The notes: a model not told the origin generated them from the letters alone. Shown: positions 27,736 through 41,068, numbered from the whole stretch's first letter. The stretch is DNA of 62,635 bases, filler included, from Kipferlia bialata (GCA_003568945.1; 5 parts of 5 records of this genome joined end to end with filler, not necessarily neighbours in it), one strand, 5' to 3'. Numbers and translations are program-made.

Positions 27736-30700
27736 CTTGGTTTAGAAGAGAGACATGCAGGATCTGACTCTGGTGGCATGCTCGGATACACAGCCACTGA
27801 CCCTGAAAGACACCCCCACCCCCACTCCTCCGAGGACAGGGACGTCAGGGTGCGCCTGGCAGAGCTGTGCACCCTGTGGAGCATAGCGCAGACGCCATTC
27901 TACTACGTCACAACTAGGTAACGCTGCTTATCTTTATATATGTACGGGTAGACTCCATCCTACCCTGGCACAACAGGTGGGGGCATATGAGGGTGCCAGA
28001 TCTAACGACGCCGACAATTATGTGTCCTCTCTGAATTGCTATGAGCACCATGTCTCTGTGTTCCCTAGCATACCTGTACCATACCCTTGTGACCCCTCAC
28101 CCAGGGCTGAGCTGACCGAGGTTGTGTCCTTCCTGGCCATGCACTCTGCCATCGGCATCGACCTCGAGCACTCCTCCCTCAGCTACCACGGCACGGTGTC
28201 CCTCATCCAGGTGGGGTAATAGGTTATATGTATATATATACTGTATATACAGGTGGGGTTAAGGGTTGTGCCAGTGATCACCTTCTGTATGAACTCTGCC
28301 AATACAGACAGGCTGTGTAGACCTCCCTCCCTCACCCCGCAGATCTCTGTCCCTGGCTATGACTTTGTGCTGGATGCATATGCCCTGTACCCCCACATGC
28401 ATCTGCTCAGAGGTATCATTGACACTCTCACACAGGATATTGGTGACACTGGCAGTGGCGTGGATACATATTTGTGTGTCAATGAGTGTTTATCATGCAT
28501 ATATATATTGGTCAGAACGTGCAGTACCTGCAATCACAAGGGCGATATCTGTTCAGAGTTTGTTGCAATTGTACACAATTGCCATGCATGTATGTGCGTC
28601 TTCACATCCTCCTACTTCTGCCAGGTGTGTTTTCCGACCCCACCATCATCAAGGTGCTACATGGGTCCGACAATGACATCCTCTGGCTCATGAGGGACTT
28701 CAGACTCTACATAGGTGTGTATAGACATGTCTCTCATTCCATGTATGGGTTTGTATATGTACCAAGATGGGTGTGGGGTCAATACCTCAGACTCTAGATA
28801 GGAATGAACTATATCAAGCGCTTGTACAGAGTGCTCATTTAAGAATGTATATATGCGACAGGGAGGTTGGCATCATATAGCAGTGTCTGGTTAGGCAACA
28901 CCATCCTGTCCCACTGTGGTACCTGTTTACTTGTCAATCCTCCCCCCATCCATATATCCATGCATTCTGTAACACTGGTCCCGACCCTGACCCCAGTGAA
29001 CCTGTTTGACACGGGTAGGGCCGCCAGGGTGCTTAGGAAGGGGGCCGGCCTGGGGTCACTGCTGAGGGAGTGCTTTGGGATACAGATGGACAAGGAGCAG
29101 CAGGTGGGGACACACGGTGCATATACATATACACTGCAACTCAGTCACTGGCTCTACTGATGGATACACGTCTCTGGTACTGTCCACCTACCCCCCTTCT
29201 TACCCCAGACGTCAGACTGGTCCCTCCGGCCTCTGTTGCCAGTCCAACTGTTCTATGCCAGGTACCAACCCTACATATGGCACTTCAACCCGTGTATACT
29301 AACCGTCTGAGTGTGTATCCCCCTACCTCATACAGGTGTGACACACACTGGCTGCTGCCTCTGTTCCACCGGCTGACTGCCCTCCTGGCAGAGAGGGGCG
29401 GGTATGCCGAGGAGCAGGCATGGCTACACAGCAGACAGGTACCAGTGGTAGTGGCTATGTGTATGTGTAGAAGTATATAGTGAAGTATATATATATAGGG
29501 TATGGCTACACAGCAGACAGGTACCAGTGATAGNNTGAAGTATATATATATAGGGTATGGCTACACAGCAGACAGGTACCAGTGATAGTGTCAGTGGATA
29601 TCAAGTATAGAGTGGTCTTGATCTGCGAGGTCGCATGTCGTGACTGGAAATTATATATATATATCTATATTCACAAGTATGTGAAGTTCCCTGTTTCTAC
29701 GTGGTGACTGAGTATTCCATTCCGTCTCTTTCCGCCTCTGACCCTAGGTGTCGCTGAAGGTGTTTAGACCCACACCCCCAGACAATACTCGCCATCTACC
29801 CCTCCTGGCAGATACCTACGAGGGAGACATGGACCGACACCGCAGGGGCAGGGGATCCCATGTGCACACACCGCGTATGGGGGTGCGGGGCCAAGCGTCT
29901 GTGTCACCTGTAGCCCAGGCACTCCTTCTGCACCTCACGGCATATGTGGACACACTAGGCGTCTACCTCAATCTGTCGCCAGGTATGTATGATTTAAATG
30001 TCGTCGCGCCCTAGTGTGGACCTCCCATAGCCTCCGTCTTCATGTAGCCTCTCTCTCCTCTCTACCCCCAGACACTGTCTGTGGCGGACGGGACCTGGCC
30101 CGATTGGCTCTGTCCCTCTCTGTCATCCCACCCTCCGCCATCTCGAGGGAGAGTGTCCTGTTCGGCCTCTCCCTCAGTGCCCCCCCTCTCATAGCTGCCA
30201 ATGCCGCAGAGATAGCCCTGCTGGCCCAAAGGGTGCTGCAGTACAGAGCCCCCCCGCCACACACCCAGCCACACACCCAGCCACACCACGGCCATGGTCA
30301 AGTATACCCCCCTGGGGAGAGGGTGAGGGAGAGAGACAGTGGAAGGGAGAGCGCTATGAGAGACAGAGCCCCCTCCTACGGTAACACCCGGCCCCCCTCC
30401 CAGCCCAGTGGGGGTTGGGGGGCGAGAGAGGTTATGGCACCGCCTGGGGGTCCCCCACCCCCACCCCAACCCCAATCCCAGTACCAGTACCAGTATCCAG
30501 CCACCAACCCAGGTATCAGTAGTATGTTTGTCACTCTAAGCTGCTCGATACCTCCTCTCCCTCCACTCTTACCCCAGGAGTGCACTGTCTGGATGACCTG
30601 TACCATGCGGTGGGGTGGGACATGCCCCAGGACAATAGAGGGGGGTGGGACGGCAGGGGGAGAGACAGGGAGAGGGAGAGAGCGAGGGAGGAGTGGCAGT

Positions 30701-31811
30701 GGGAGAGAGAGGATGCTGCGGAGTCAGATGGAGAGACAGACGGTGTAACTGCTCTCAGTAGTGGAGTCGACATCTTTGCAAGGTGAGGCGTTGTGTCATT
30801 ACTCATGTAACGATACACCAGAGTGAATGGGGGACTGTGTTGCAGAATATGGATTGGATTCTGTTGTGTTACCCCCTTACTCATTGCAGGGCTCTAGACC
30901 AGAAGCTCATCAAGCAGAGTTCTAGGGACAAGCACGGTCCCCCCCAGAGTGGGAGGGGCAAGGAGATCTTCAGACAGTTTGGCGATGCCTCGTTACATGG
31001 GGCGGCACCTGGATACAGAATAGGTGGGGTAGACCTAACGAATGCTGATGTATATAGTTGCCCTACTGTAATATACTGTACTGTATATAGAGGTATGTGT
31101 CGTGCCCTACTGTAATATACTGTACTGTATATAGAGGTATGTGTCGTGGGTGGGTGGCCCTTGAGTCAAAGATCTTGATGCTGCTAATACTTCAACTTGC
31201 ATACACCACATCCCCCTCTTCCCCCAGGTGACATAGGCCCAGGATCTAAGGTCTCAGCCGTCACAGGAAACTCCCTGTCTGTTTCCGTCGAGTTTGCGTC
31301 TTCTGTAGAGGGAATGTCTGTGCTGGTATGTGACATAAGTAATATGACATAACTTGGCATAGTCTTGTAGTTGTATATAGCTTTACACAACTAATCTTGG
31401 TAAATATCCGGAAACATCGTTGTCTCCTGAATCACAGCTCATCGCGTTGGTGTTTTCTGTGACACTTGTGTAGTTAGGCCTTTAGATTTTCGTGTCTTCC
31501 TCTTCCCCTCTGTCTCTGAGTCTAACCCCCAGGACGTGCTGCACCAGACAGGTATCGACCAGGTGCTGGGGCGGAAGGAGAGGGAGGACATCGCCCACAT
31601 TGGGGCAGGCAGAGACAAGGAGGGGCCTAGCCGCAGGGAGAGGGAGAGGAACAGACGAGAGGCCAGGGGGAGTAAGGGGAGGGAGAGAGACGGTGATGGC
31701 AGTCGAGATAGCCGATCTCGCTCCTCTGGTCATAGAAATAGTCACCCCCGCGACAGGTCTGGGGAATCGAACCCAGGGAGAAGGCGAGGTTATGATGACC
31801 CAAGATTGTAG
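27736..31811 (+). CDS. RRP6: Exosome-associated DEDDy 3'-5' exoribonuclease Rrp6/EXOSC10-like; true start not resolved
   Basis: Spliced: AIGIDLEHSSLSYHGTVSLIQ|ISVPGYDFVLDAYAL..|GVFSDPTIIKVLHGSDNDILWLMRDFRLYI|VNLFDTGRAARVL..MDKEQQ|TSDWSLRPLLPVQLFYAR|CDTHWLL. Exo I, II and III motifs are intact. Ends in a low-complexity R/G/S-rich exon with a stop at 31811. Confidence 0.9.
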
Positions 31812-33610
31812 ATTAGAGTAACAGACATTAACAATAGACAAGGTAATGTCCTGTTTCTGCTGGATCATGGAGTCTTGGCATTTCGGACAGGACACGTTGT
31901 CGGAATGTACTCTCGTTCTCTCAGCGATACTTTGAATCTGGAGGGCAAGGAATTGAATCCCCAGTGACACTCCACCCGGTGTCCAAGACTGTTGGACCCA
32001 GAGCTCCGATAGGTGCTTGAGTGGAATGGAAGCAGCCTCAGTGTTCTGGGACAGGCTGCGGAACAAGGGAATGGCCACTATACTATACTATACTATACTG
32101 TCGTATCCTATCATATACTACACTGGGGAGGATGGTTGCCTGCTGTATGCAGGAAGCGAACCCAAGCGCAAAGATGAGACGTTATACTCCGGTTCTGGCA
32201 TACCTAAACTTGGATAGCTGTTTAGCCAACCGTGGTGGTCACCTTGTGACACAGTGTCAGACACGCTATATAGTATATATATGATATACAGTCATTTTAC
32301 GATAACGACAAGGTATCTTGAGAATGTGCGTGGTACAACTGGTACAAGTAGCAACCTAGTTCATCAATCAGAGACTTAGGGCAAGGGTCAGTATTCGACG
32401 TCTTTCTACCTCTTGGCTGTTCGAGTCATAGCTGCAAGGGAACGTAGATAGTGGGTTCCTTCCTAGGAACCTTGAGTATCTATATTAGAGACGACAAACA
32501 GTACCACATGGGAGGCTAGTTTGACGGTGAAACCTGATGGGTTTTCGTAATCGATGTGATCGTCCTAGAGTATGATCTTTCAGTGTATCGTAGATACCGA
32601 ATGGGATAAGTAGATGAGTCATCTTAGATGACCAAGTTAACTATGTTCTCTTGATGTGACATGCCAATTATTGGAAGGAGTATTCAAACATCCTGTTAGT
32701 AAGAATTTCCGCTCGACCCGGTGGACATCTGACTCATGGCAAGGTGATAGTCTATTACCGTAATAGCACTACGGAACTGCAAAGAAGTGGAAGCATGATG
32801 GTACTTGTACTTCCTTACTTGTACTACCTTACTGAAAGGCTGCGTTCCATAAATGACAATGTCCAATGGACATGCTTCCCACTAATTGTGGAACACACTC
32901 TTCATCTGGTGAACCATTGTGATCCTTAGGAAGGATCATCCTTCCTGCTACACCTCTGTCACTGTGTATGACCTTCTGTCTATACTTCTACCAGGTGAAA
33001 ATCACGGTCTATAAACCTGCTAGATTGGGTGGCGTGTGCACGTCTGCCGGGCTCTAGCAGCGCTGTGGGAATGAACATATCCACACTGTGGATTCCACAG
33101 TGATCCTGAATCAGGATTCCTGATCGTAGATCCTGATCGAATACACTGTAGAATGGACCATTCAAAGATACACTCTTTTGTATAGGGTCCCTGGATTGCT
33201 ACTGTAATGAGACTCAACAACACCCGACAGTGTTGCTCATCTGATATGAGCTTCATCTCAGTCACTCTCGGTAAATTTAGTATGGGGTGGTGATTCATAT
33301 TCACCACTGCTGGCACGACTATACAGCAATGCTGCAACAGCAGTTTTCGACCTGGTGCTCTACTCCAGAACGACCTCCTCTGATGATGTCTTTGTAGTTG
33401 CGATATCAGTCGCCAGTGTAAGGGACGGAACAGAATCACTGAAGGTATCATTGAGGAGGAGTGTAGAGAACCTACACTCTTTACTGCAAAGAAGTATAAA
33501 TAATATGGAAATACATCTTAGTAATAATCCATTATATATCTATTTACCTATACTAAATACTTATTCTAGATTCGCATCTCTTCAGGGAGCTGTACGTTGA
33601 CTGGTGAGCC

Positions 33611-34074
33611 ATGAGGTGAGCATTGTGTGCTTCCCATGTTTAGCTTGCGGTTGACTACGTTCTCTTCTTAGCGTTCTATTTCCTCATCTCAGTAATGAAA
33701 GCAGTGGTAGCAGTGGTAGGTCCAGCCCAGTCGAAACCTCCTGTCCGGTGGGTACTCATACCAGTATGGGTGCATGCAGATAATCTCTCCCTAACGCATA
33801 GATACTCCCACCAATCAAGACCCCCGAGGAGGTCGAGGCGATGTCTTTCTTCGAGAGGAGTGAGTGCGTCGACAGGATTCTTCCTGTCGTTCATTACGAT
33901 ATTCCTCCTGAGTACATCAGGATGCTGGAACAGATCAACCAGATGGACATCCGAGAGGCGAAAGAGAACGTTGCAGAGATGCAGACCGCATGGGCAAGAA
34001 TCCTGAGACAGGAGAGTATGGAAGAGTTCGATCCAGTAAGGGCATGGCGACGTATCCTGTCCAACCTGGACTAG
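33611..34074 (+). CDS. Small three-exon uncharacterised protein (110 aa)
   Basis: Exons 33611-33615, 33693-33747 and 33802-34074 join in frame with GT-AG and local acceptor consensus: MSNESSGSSGRSSPVETSCPILPPIKTPEEVEAMSFFERSECVDRILPVVHYDIPPEYIRMLEQ..RILSNLD*. Confidence 0.6.
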
Positions 34075-34702
34075 ACCACAAAGCCACTTCACGTGCCAGG
34101 GACAGGGAGAAGGAGGTGAGTTGACCTATCTTGTGGAGGTAAGTATATCTATCTTATCCTATTGTCCCACCCATACTCCCTATTTGTATGCATTTGCTGA
34201 TAATATCTGATATTGCTACAATTCGACAGGCTCTCTGTCTAAGTTTCATTCCCCATTGACGTAAGGGACATGCCCCCCCTCCCATTGTCTCTATTGGGGT
34301 AAACGTCCTTCCCCTCTCATGTCTCACCTCTAATGTCTCACCTCTAGAGTCCTCCTTTCTGCGTTCCAGTGCTCTGATTAGGACAGACAGCCCATATACA
34401 GAGGCAGACTGACCCTGCAGGTCTGTGTGTCTTTGTTAGGTATGTCAACCTCTTCACCCCCCCCCCCCCCGTACCCCCCACTCCAAGAATTCTTCTACCT
34501 CTCACTCTCTGTGTCCCCTGCTGTTCGCCACTCTCCCTAAATTCTGGTGATTTCACAGATACCTGTCAGAACACAGATAGTAGCGGTGTGTCGTACACCA
34601 TGAACAAATAGATACTGTAGAAATAGAGAGTGATGATGCCATGTGACTTCTGCGCCCTAGTATTAGTCTATTCCCCACCCTCAAAGGGTCAATCATACAG
34701 CA

Positions 34703-35680
34703 TTAGTGCCAAGTAAAGATACCCCCTCGGCACCAGGGTATCTTTGTTCCCTCATCTTTAGATCGTGCACTGGAAGAACGGCTCATCAGGAGTGGTCTTT
34801 TGCCTAGAGCATTGAATTCTTCTCTAGATCTGTATGATCTCACACGGATCTGTTCAAGCTGTTCACCCTTGGGAGGGACCCTTGACATACCGATGAAGCA
34901 TCGCAGGGTTTTGGATGACACCCTTGGAGGTACCTCCCCGCCTCTCCCTTCGACCACTGACCTAACGTCTCTGACTGTGATACACAATGCATGAGTCTCT
35001 GCGTCAGAGTCACTCTGCATATCATACTCTCAGTGGTCCCAGTATCACTATCGGACCAGCGCTCAATGCGTATACTGTATGCAGTCATCATCAGGCCTCG
35101 TCAAGTACATCAGCCGCAGGCTGAGGGCATGGGCCACTGTTACCACATGTTCTACATACTGGGGCAGCTCATCAGACAGGCTCGGCCTAACATCGCCCCC
35201 TTTACTGACGACTGTTAGACTTGTCTCTAGTGTTCTGTTCAGTACCAACATGTATACCAGATGGTTTCACACGCTGTACCGTTATGTGCAAACTGAGCGG
35301 GTCCCGGTATCGAGCCTTCTTATGGTAATTCCCACCTGCTGTATCACACTGGACTCACACAAGTTCAACGTCACCAAAATCTGTCTTAACACCTCTTTAC
35401 CCAACCGAGGACCACTCTTCGATCCAGCTACTCTATTTGACCTCTTATGAAATGCGAGTGCTCTCCCAATGTCTCACTTGACCATAGAAGTGAATACATA
35501 CACACATTGACCAAGCTGATACCTCTCACTCTCTATCCCCCCAAACCTTGCATAGTTCCAGCCACTAGTCTTAGCACTGTCACCCCTAGGAAGTCATTGA
35601 GTAGCAGTCCTGGGGTACATAAACAATCTCTAGCGTCAGGAAAGGCACGCTCAACGTCGGCGTCGGAGGTGTAGCTTGAG
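34703..35680 (-). CDS. Possible uncharacterised multi-exon gene
   Basis: Several protein-like minus-strand open stretches (34703-35020, 35063-35251, ~35335-35450, ~35545-35675). The splice path was not resolved and no family was recognised. Confidence 0.3.
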
Positions 35681-37093
35681 AATACTCAGATTGACTGCTT
35701 TATCGGCGATTGCGTACCTTCGTGAGCGACATTAGATCTGTGACACTGCCACAATGGGGACCTCATTGATAGGAGAGACGCTGGTAGTTAAGATATGAGG
35801 TTGCACACAAGGATACAGTGCCTGATCTTATGGATCAGAGATATCTAGGCCTCAGTGTCTCAATAGTTATGTCAACAAGTAGGCATACAACAGATGTAAG
35901 GGTTGAGATATAGTTACAGGCACACCAATGGAGGATTATGTACTGAATACATAAGTTACTATACCTCTGAATTATGAGCCCCTGCATGGAGTGGCAGCAA
36001 TATCTCCTAGGAACCACAGTTGCATCCACAGATACGTGGGCAGAAAGAATCAGACGCCAAGCCTGTCGGGGCTGGCAGTTGATGTACCTGAGTGTTAGAG
36101 ATGGGGAGAGACATACACACACAATGTGCCTCGCCGGGTTTGTTCGGAATAGAGTCTTCAACATTCTCCCATACATGAATGTGAATTAACGGCGTACCAT
36201 TTAATCGCTAGAATCAGAAGGAGAGAGAGAGGGGGAGGGAGAGAGAGACATCTCATACACACCTAGCGGACTAGCGACACAAGTATAGTGACATAGAAGG
36301 GGGTGCAGGATTGCCCGTTGAGAAGACTCATAATAATGTGCCCAATGTGATAATGTGGCTCCAACAGGGGGGTAAGAAAGAGAGAGAGAGAGAGAGATCT
36401 TGGTCAGACTCCTACTGCTGGAATGAGTCACCACACACTTGAGAGAGAGGGGGGGAGAGAGAAAGAGACATTGAAGGAGGCACTTTTGGCTTGACTATAC
36501 ATATGATATAGTACTATATAGTGCCATGGCATATGTATATATGTCTATGTATACAGGTTTGAATACATGGCGGGAGATGGAGATGGAGGGAGAGAGGGAA
36601 TTATGGGCTCATGGAAGTGCAGGACCGCCTTTGAGTGGGAAAGGGTGAGTACATTTGCTACCTTATCATTGCACTTGTGGATGTTGCTGGGTGGCTGTTA
36701 CAAGTTTAGAGAGAAGAGTGCTCTTCATCTAGCGTCGAAGAGGCTTCTCATGGCCTGGCAAGTGGAAACTATCACTTACGTGCTAATACTAGGCCGTAGA
36801 AAGAGGTAAGGAGCTACTCTGAGTCTTGGCAAGACTGTCTTGCTGTATCACCGTTTGACCAACGGACTCTCGCAATTTTTGGCATTCAAAAGGCCCCCAA
36901 GATGAGCCCCTCTTCATCCAGAGTGCTCTGTCAGGTTCCACTGGCCTGGCCTCTCCGTTGTCTACATGATATCCTCATTCGGGCCATCCCATGATCGCCC
37001 GCCGGTGGCTGCCCCAGAGGAGACACATCTGCTAAGGTGGGTCATTCATTTCCAATGAGGGAGGGGGAAGGGGTCTGGGGGGGGGGGGGGGGG

Positions 37094-37133
<40 letters not shown>

Positions 37134-37615
37134 CACACTTCTCAATACTTTTGCGCCCACGACAGCTTTCTTTTAATATACATACATATATAGTATAGTA
37201 TATACCTGTGATGGGCACAGACACACATTGCCAGGCCGGGGCTCGGGAGAGGCCGCAATCAGGCTAGACAGGGACCCGCCAAGTGGGAGGGGGGAGGTCT
37301 CCACCTGCATAGAAGCGCTCTCTTCGACTCTAGGACTCCTCAACTTGCTTAGAGGCTACCTTAGAGATCGCTAGGCTGGTGAGAGAGATTGGTCACTGAC
37401 TCGTATCGACTCGGATTGGCAAAAAACAGATGAACCCTTTTCTGATCAAAGACCTGAGGGGGTTTATCTCGGAGCTAACTTTGCAGTCTATATAATCTCG
37501 GAGCTAACTTTGCAGTCTATACAAGACAGAGGGAGAGAGGGAGAGAGAGAGATAGAGAGACCTTTATAGTGGGCAAGAAGAACGCTACCTTCTCTGAAAG
37601 TGGCAGGGAGCAAGC

Positions 37616-40373
37616 ATGTCCGGCACGTCTGGAGCTAGTAAGAGCCGAGCTGTGATTAATGAAATTGAAGAGGTATATATGTACTCTCGTGCTACTGTCA
37701 CATGCGTTCTCGTTGTGTATGCACGCTATTCAGTGTATTCTTACCTATGTGGCTGCAGACTAAGATGATACTGCATCTGCCGTGGTGTCACACTGAGTGA
37801 TACTGGATTGATTGTTGAGTACTCTCTCTCTCTCACCCCTTGATAGTCCTGACTCCATTCCTACCCCCCCCCCCCTTCACTCTCTCTATATTGAGTCTCG
37901 GTGACTGTGTGAGTCTCTCTCTCTCTCCCCCCCTCTCTCTCACTCCTTTCCATCCTGACCCTAGGTCCTTGGCACAGGGTATAGTAGTCAGTATATTCAC
38001 ATACACTCTCTCTCTCTCTTTCTTTATCCATTTATCACTGTATGATCCCATCTCACCCTAGGTCCTTGGCACTGGGTATGACACATCAAATGTCGGTGCT
38101 GGTATGACCAGGTTTAGTGAGGTAATAGCAAATATGTATATGATTGTATACTCTCCACATACCTTTTTGCACTTGGTCTTGCCACCCCTCCCACCGAGAG
38201 GTACTCCTTTGCAATATTGCATATATATATATAGATATACCAGACACATATGTATCTGGCTGTCTGTCCCTACATTCATATCTGTTTACCCTAGTCCTTT
38301 GCGGCCCCTCCCACTGAGAGGGCAAGGGGCAGAGAGAGAGACAGAGACGCATATGGGACAAGAGGGCCCCTGAGGGGAGACTACAGGTATGCGCTTTATA
38401 TACACCCAACATGTTGTTTCCTTCTGTATTTGTATGTGATGTGTATTGTTTTATCTTTCCATTAACGTCCAGAGGCGACCTCACTCCACAGATGGGCAGA
38501 GACACAGCTCCTAGGTATATATACATATCCACACTATATTGGTGTATGTATGTCCTGTATGTATGTATATACTATAGTATTAGACACACTCCACGTATGG
38601 GCAGAGACACAGCTCCTTGGTAGCATAGAAGTATATAATTGATATTATCAGATAGGTACATAATTATTATTAATAATGAATATAGTATAGAATATATACC
38701 CACAGATGTCTCTTTGTAATCAACACTTTCAGGGCCTCCATAGTAGCCCTAGACCGTCTCTCTCTCTCTCAAACGCTCCCTATATACCTGTCATACTCAT
38801 TAGTATCTAATAATGCAGAACTTCCATCCTTCTCTCTCTTCTTCTTCTCTCTTCCTTCTTCTTCCTCTTCCCTCTTTCTCTCTAAGCCCTCAATCTACTG
38901 TATCTGTCTTTCCCCAAATTCCAGGGCATCCACGCTGACCTGGATGGTCTGTCCCTCATCCTATCACTACTATACTATATAATTATGCAGTTATATGTAT
39001 TCATGTATATATGCATGTACATACTCATATGTATCTCATTCCAGGGCATCTACGCTAACTCTGGACAGTCTGTCCCACAACCAGTCATTCGCTCAGACAA
39101 GGTATAGACATATGAATATATATATACGTAAGGGATGTAGGATGTATATGGATGTTTGTGTATATAGTGTGTCTGTCCCACAACCAGTCCTTTGCTCAGA
39201 CAAGGTATGAATAGTATATATATATATATATACGTATATACATTTCATTCGTATGTAAGATAGAATAGTGATAATGTGTGTGAGTAGATGTGTCTGTCCC
39301 ACAACCAGTCATTTGCCCAGACAAGGTATGAATGTATATTTGGTTATGTATATATTCATGTTTCTCACCTAGGATGAAACAGTCGAATACCGACTGAGAG
39401 AAGGAGTGAGGTTTCATTATATAAGTGTGTATCTATATTCTCTTTTGTTCCTTATACCCCAGAGGTGCCAGAGAGAGGTCCGAGTCATTCGAAGACGCAG
39501 CAAACAAGGTATTATTCTGTATATACTTATCTATATAGGTCCTATAATAATAGGAAGACGCCGCAAACAAGGTATTGGACTATTTTGGTATTGACTGATA
39601 AGTATGTATCGATGCTTTCATGTAATATATATATATACTATATATCGTAGATAGTCTCTCTTCATATAATGACTTCAGGCCATATCCATAGTGGATGCTG
39701 TCCTATCCATACCACCTAGGCGCATATGATATGCATTGTATTGTATATATCTTTATCTATATGTATTTAGGTACTAATATACCAGGCCATATCCATAGTA
39801 GATGCTGTCCTGTCCATATCACCTAGTTATTACATGCATTGTATTATGTATATACATATATATCTGAGTGAATATAGATATATATACTAATATATACTAA
39901 TATACCAGGCCATATCTATTGTGGATGCCGTCCTGTCCATACCCCCAGACACCTATATATATAGTATGTCATACGTATCAAATATTTACATGTATATATT
40001 CTAACATGTCAGGCCATATCCATATTAGATGCCGTCCTGTCCATACCCCCTAGGCGCATACACATTCCTATGTATATGTTGTCTATGTATACTTACAGCA
40101 TATTTACAATTCCATGTACTAATATGTAGGCCATATCCATCGTTGATGCCGTCCTGTCCATACCACCGAGGCGCATACACATTCCTATGTATATGTGTGT
40201 ATACTTACAACATATTAACATATTCATACAATAATGTCATCACATATATACAGTATATATGAATTAGCATATATGTACTAATACACCAGGCCATCTCCAT
40301 AGTAGATGCTGTCCTGTCCATACCACCCAGACGCATATCCAAGGACCAGATCAGAGATATGCTGAATGTATAG
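37616..40373 (+). CDS. Small multi-exon uncharacterised protein (~145-160 aa) with echo-filled introns
   Basis: MSGTSGASKSRAVINEIEE|VLGTGYDTSNVGAGMTRFSE|SFAAPPTER..GDYR|GDLTPQMGRDTAPR|ASTLTLDSLSHNQSFAQTR|GARERSESFEDAANK|AISIVDAVLSIPPRRISKDQIRDMLNV*. Splice phases are consistent, and the frame is independently supported by synonymous differences in the echoes. Confidence 0.7.
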
Positions 40374-40431
40374 AGAGGGGGAGAGAGAGAGATTATCCAA
40401 GGACCAGATCAGAGACATGCTCAATGTGTAG
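39679..40431 (+). repeat. Array of five partial copies of the last exon's 5' end plus one post-stop copy of its 3' end
   Basis: AG|GCCATATCCATAGTNGATGCNGTCCTNTCCATA at 39679, 39786, 39909, 40013 and 40130. The real exon is 40290-40373 and the tail copy is 40394-40431. Confidence 0.92.
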
Positions 40432-41068
40432 AGAGAGAGAGAGAGAGAGAGACAGAGTATGCTCGTCCATTATTCTCAAAGAGTCCAATATAATGTGTAA
40501 GATAGGAGGGGGAGGGATAATTGAAAATCTTTCAGTTGTCTCTTGCTTGGAGCAGTTGGTATTTCACTGTTATTGCAGTAACCCATCAAGAAGATCTTTG
40601 CTGGCGAGTGAGTTCGATTCTCACAGGAGACATTTATCAGAACATATACTACACAGTTGCGAGTGGGAAGTGTGTGGAGTGTATGAGAAGCTACACCCTC
40701 AGAGTTTTTGTAAACACGTCTCGGAGGTACAAGCTCACTATACTTGTGAACACGTATTGAATATATATGTATCAACCACTCTCTGTCTCATGGAGCCAGT
40801 CAGCAATGGGAGGAAGTGACAAAGCTGCACCATATAGTATGTTATATATATTTTGTGTCTCTGCACACAAAAGTGTGAGACCCTGTCTGCCAAGAAAACT
40901 TCTCTGGACCCTTAGTCAATACCTCACTGCCAAGGCCCTTGGCCCAAGGGGCTCTGGTTAGGGAAATAATCTGATTCACTCAGTATCTGCTATGTCCTTC
41001 AGGAAGGCCAGTCCAACTGTGGTGTCTGACCACTGAGCAATGAAAGGCCTAGCTCCCTGCGCTACCAC

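Noticed and set aside
31900..33500. Possible transposon remnant in microsatellite-poor DNA
   Set aside because: No transposase or RT motifs, terminal repeats or target-site duplications were recognisable.
40760..41068. Possible 3' end of a minus-strand gene at the contig edge
   Set aside because: Only short exon-like pieces are visible, with no recognisable product or secure frame.
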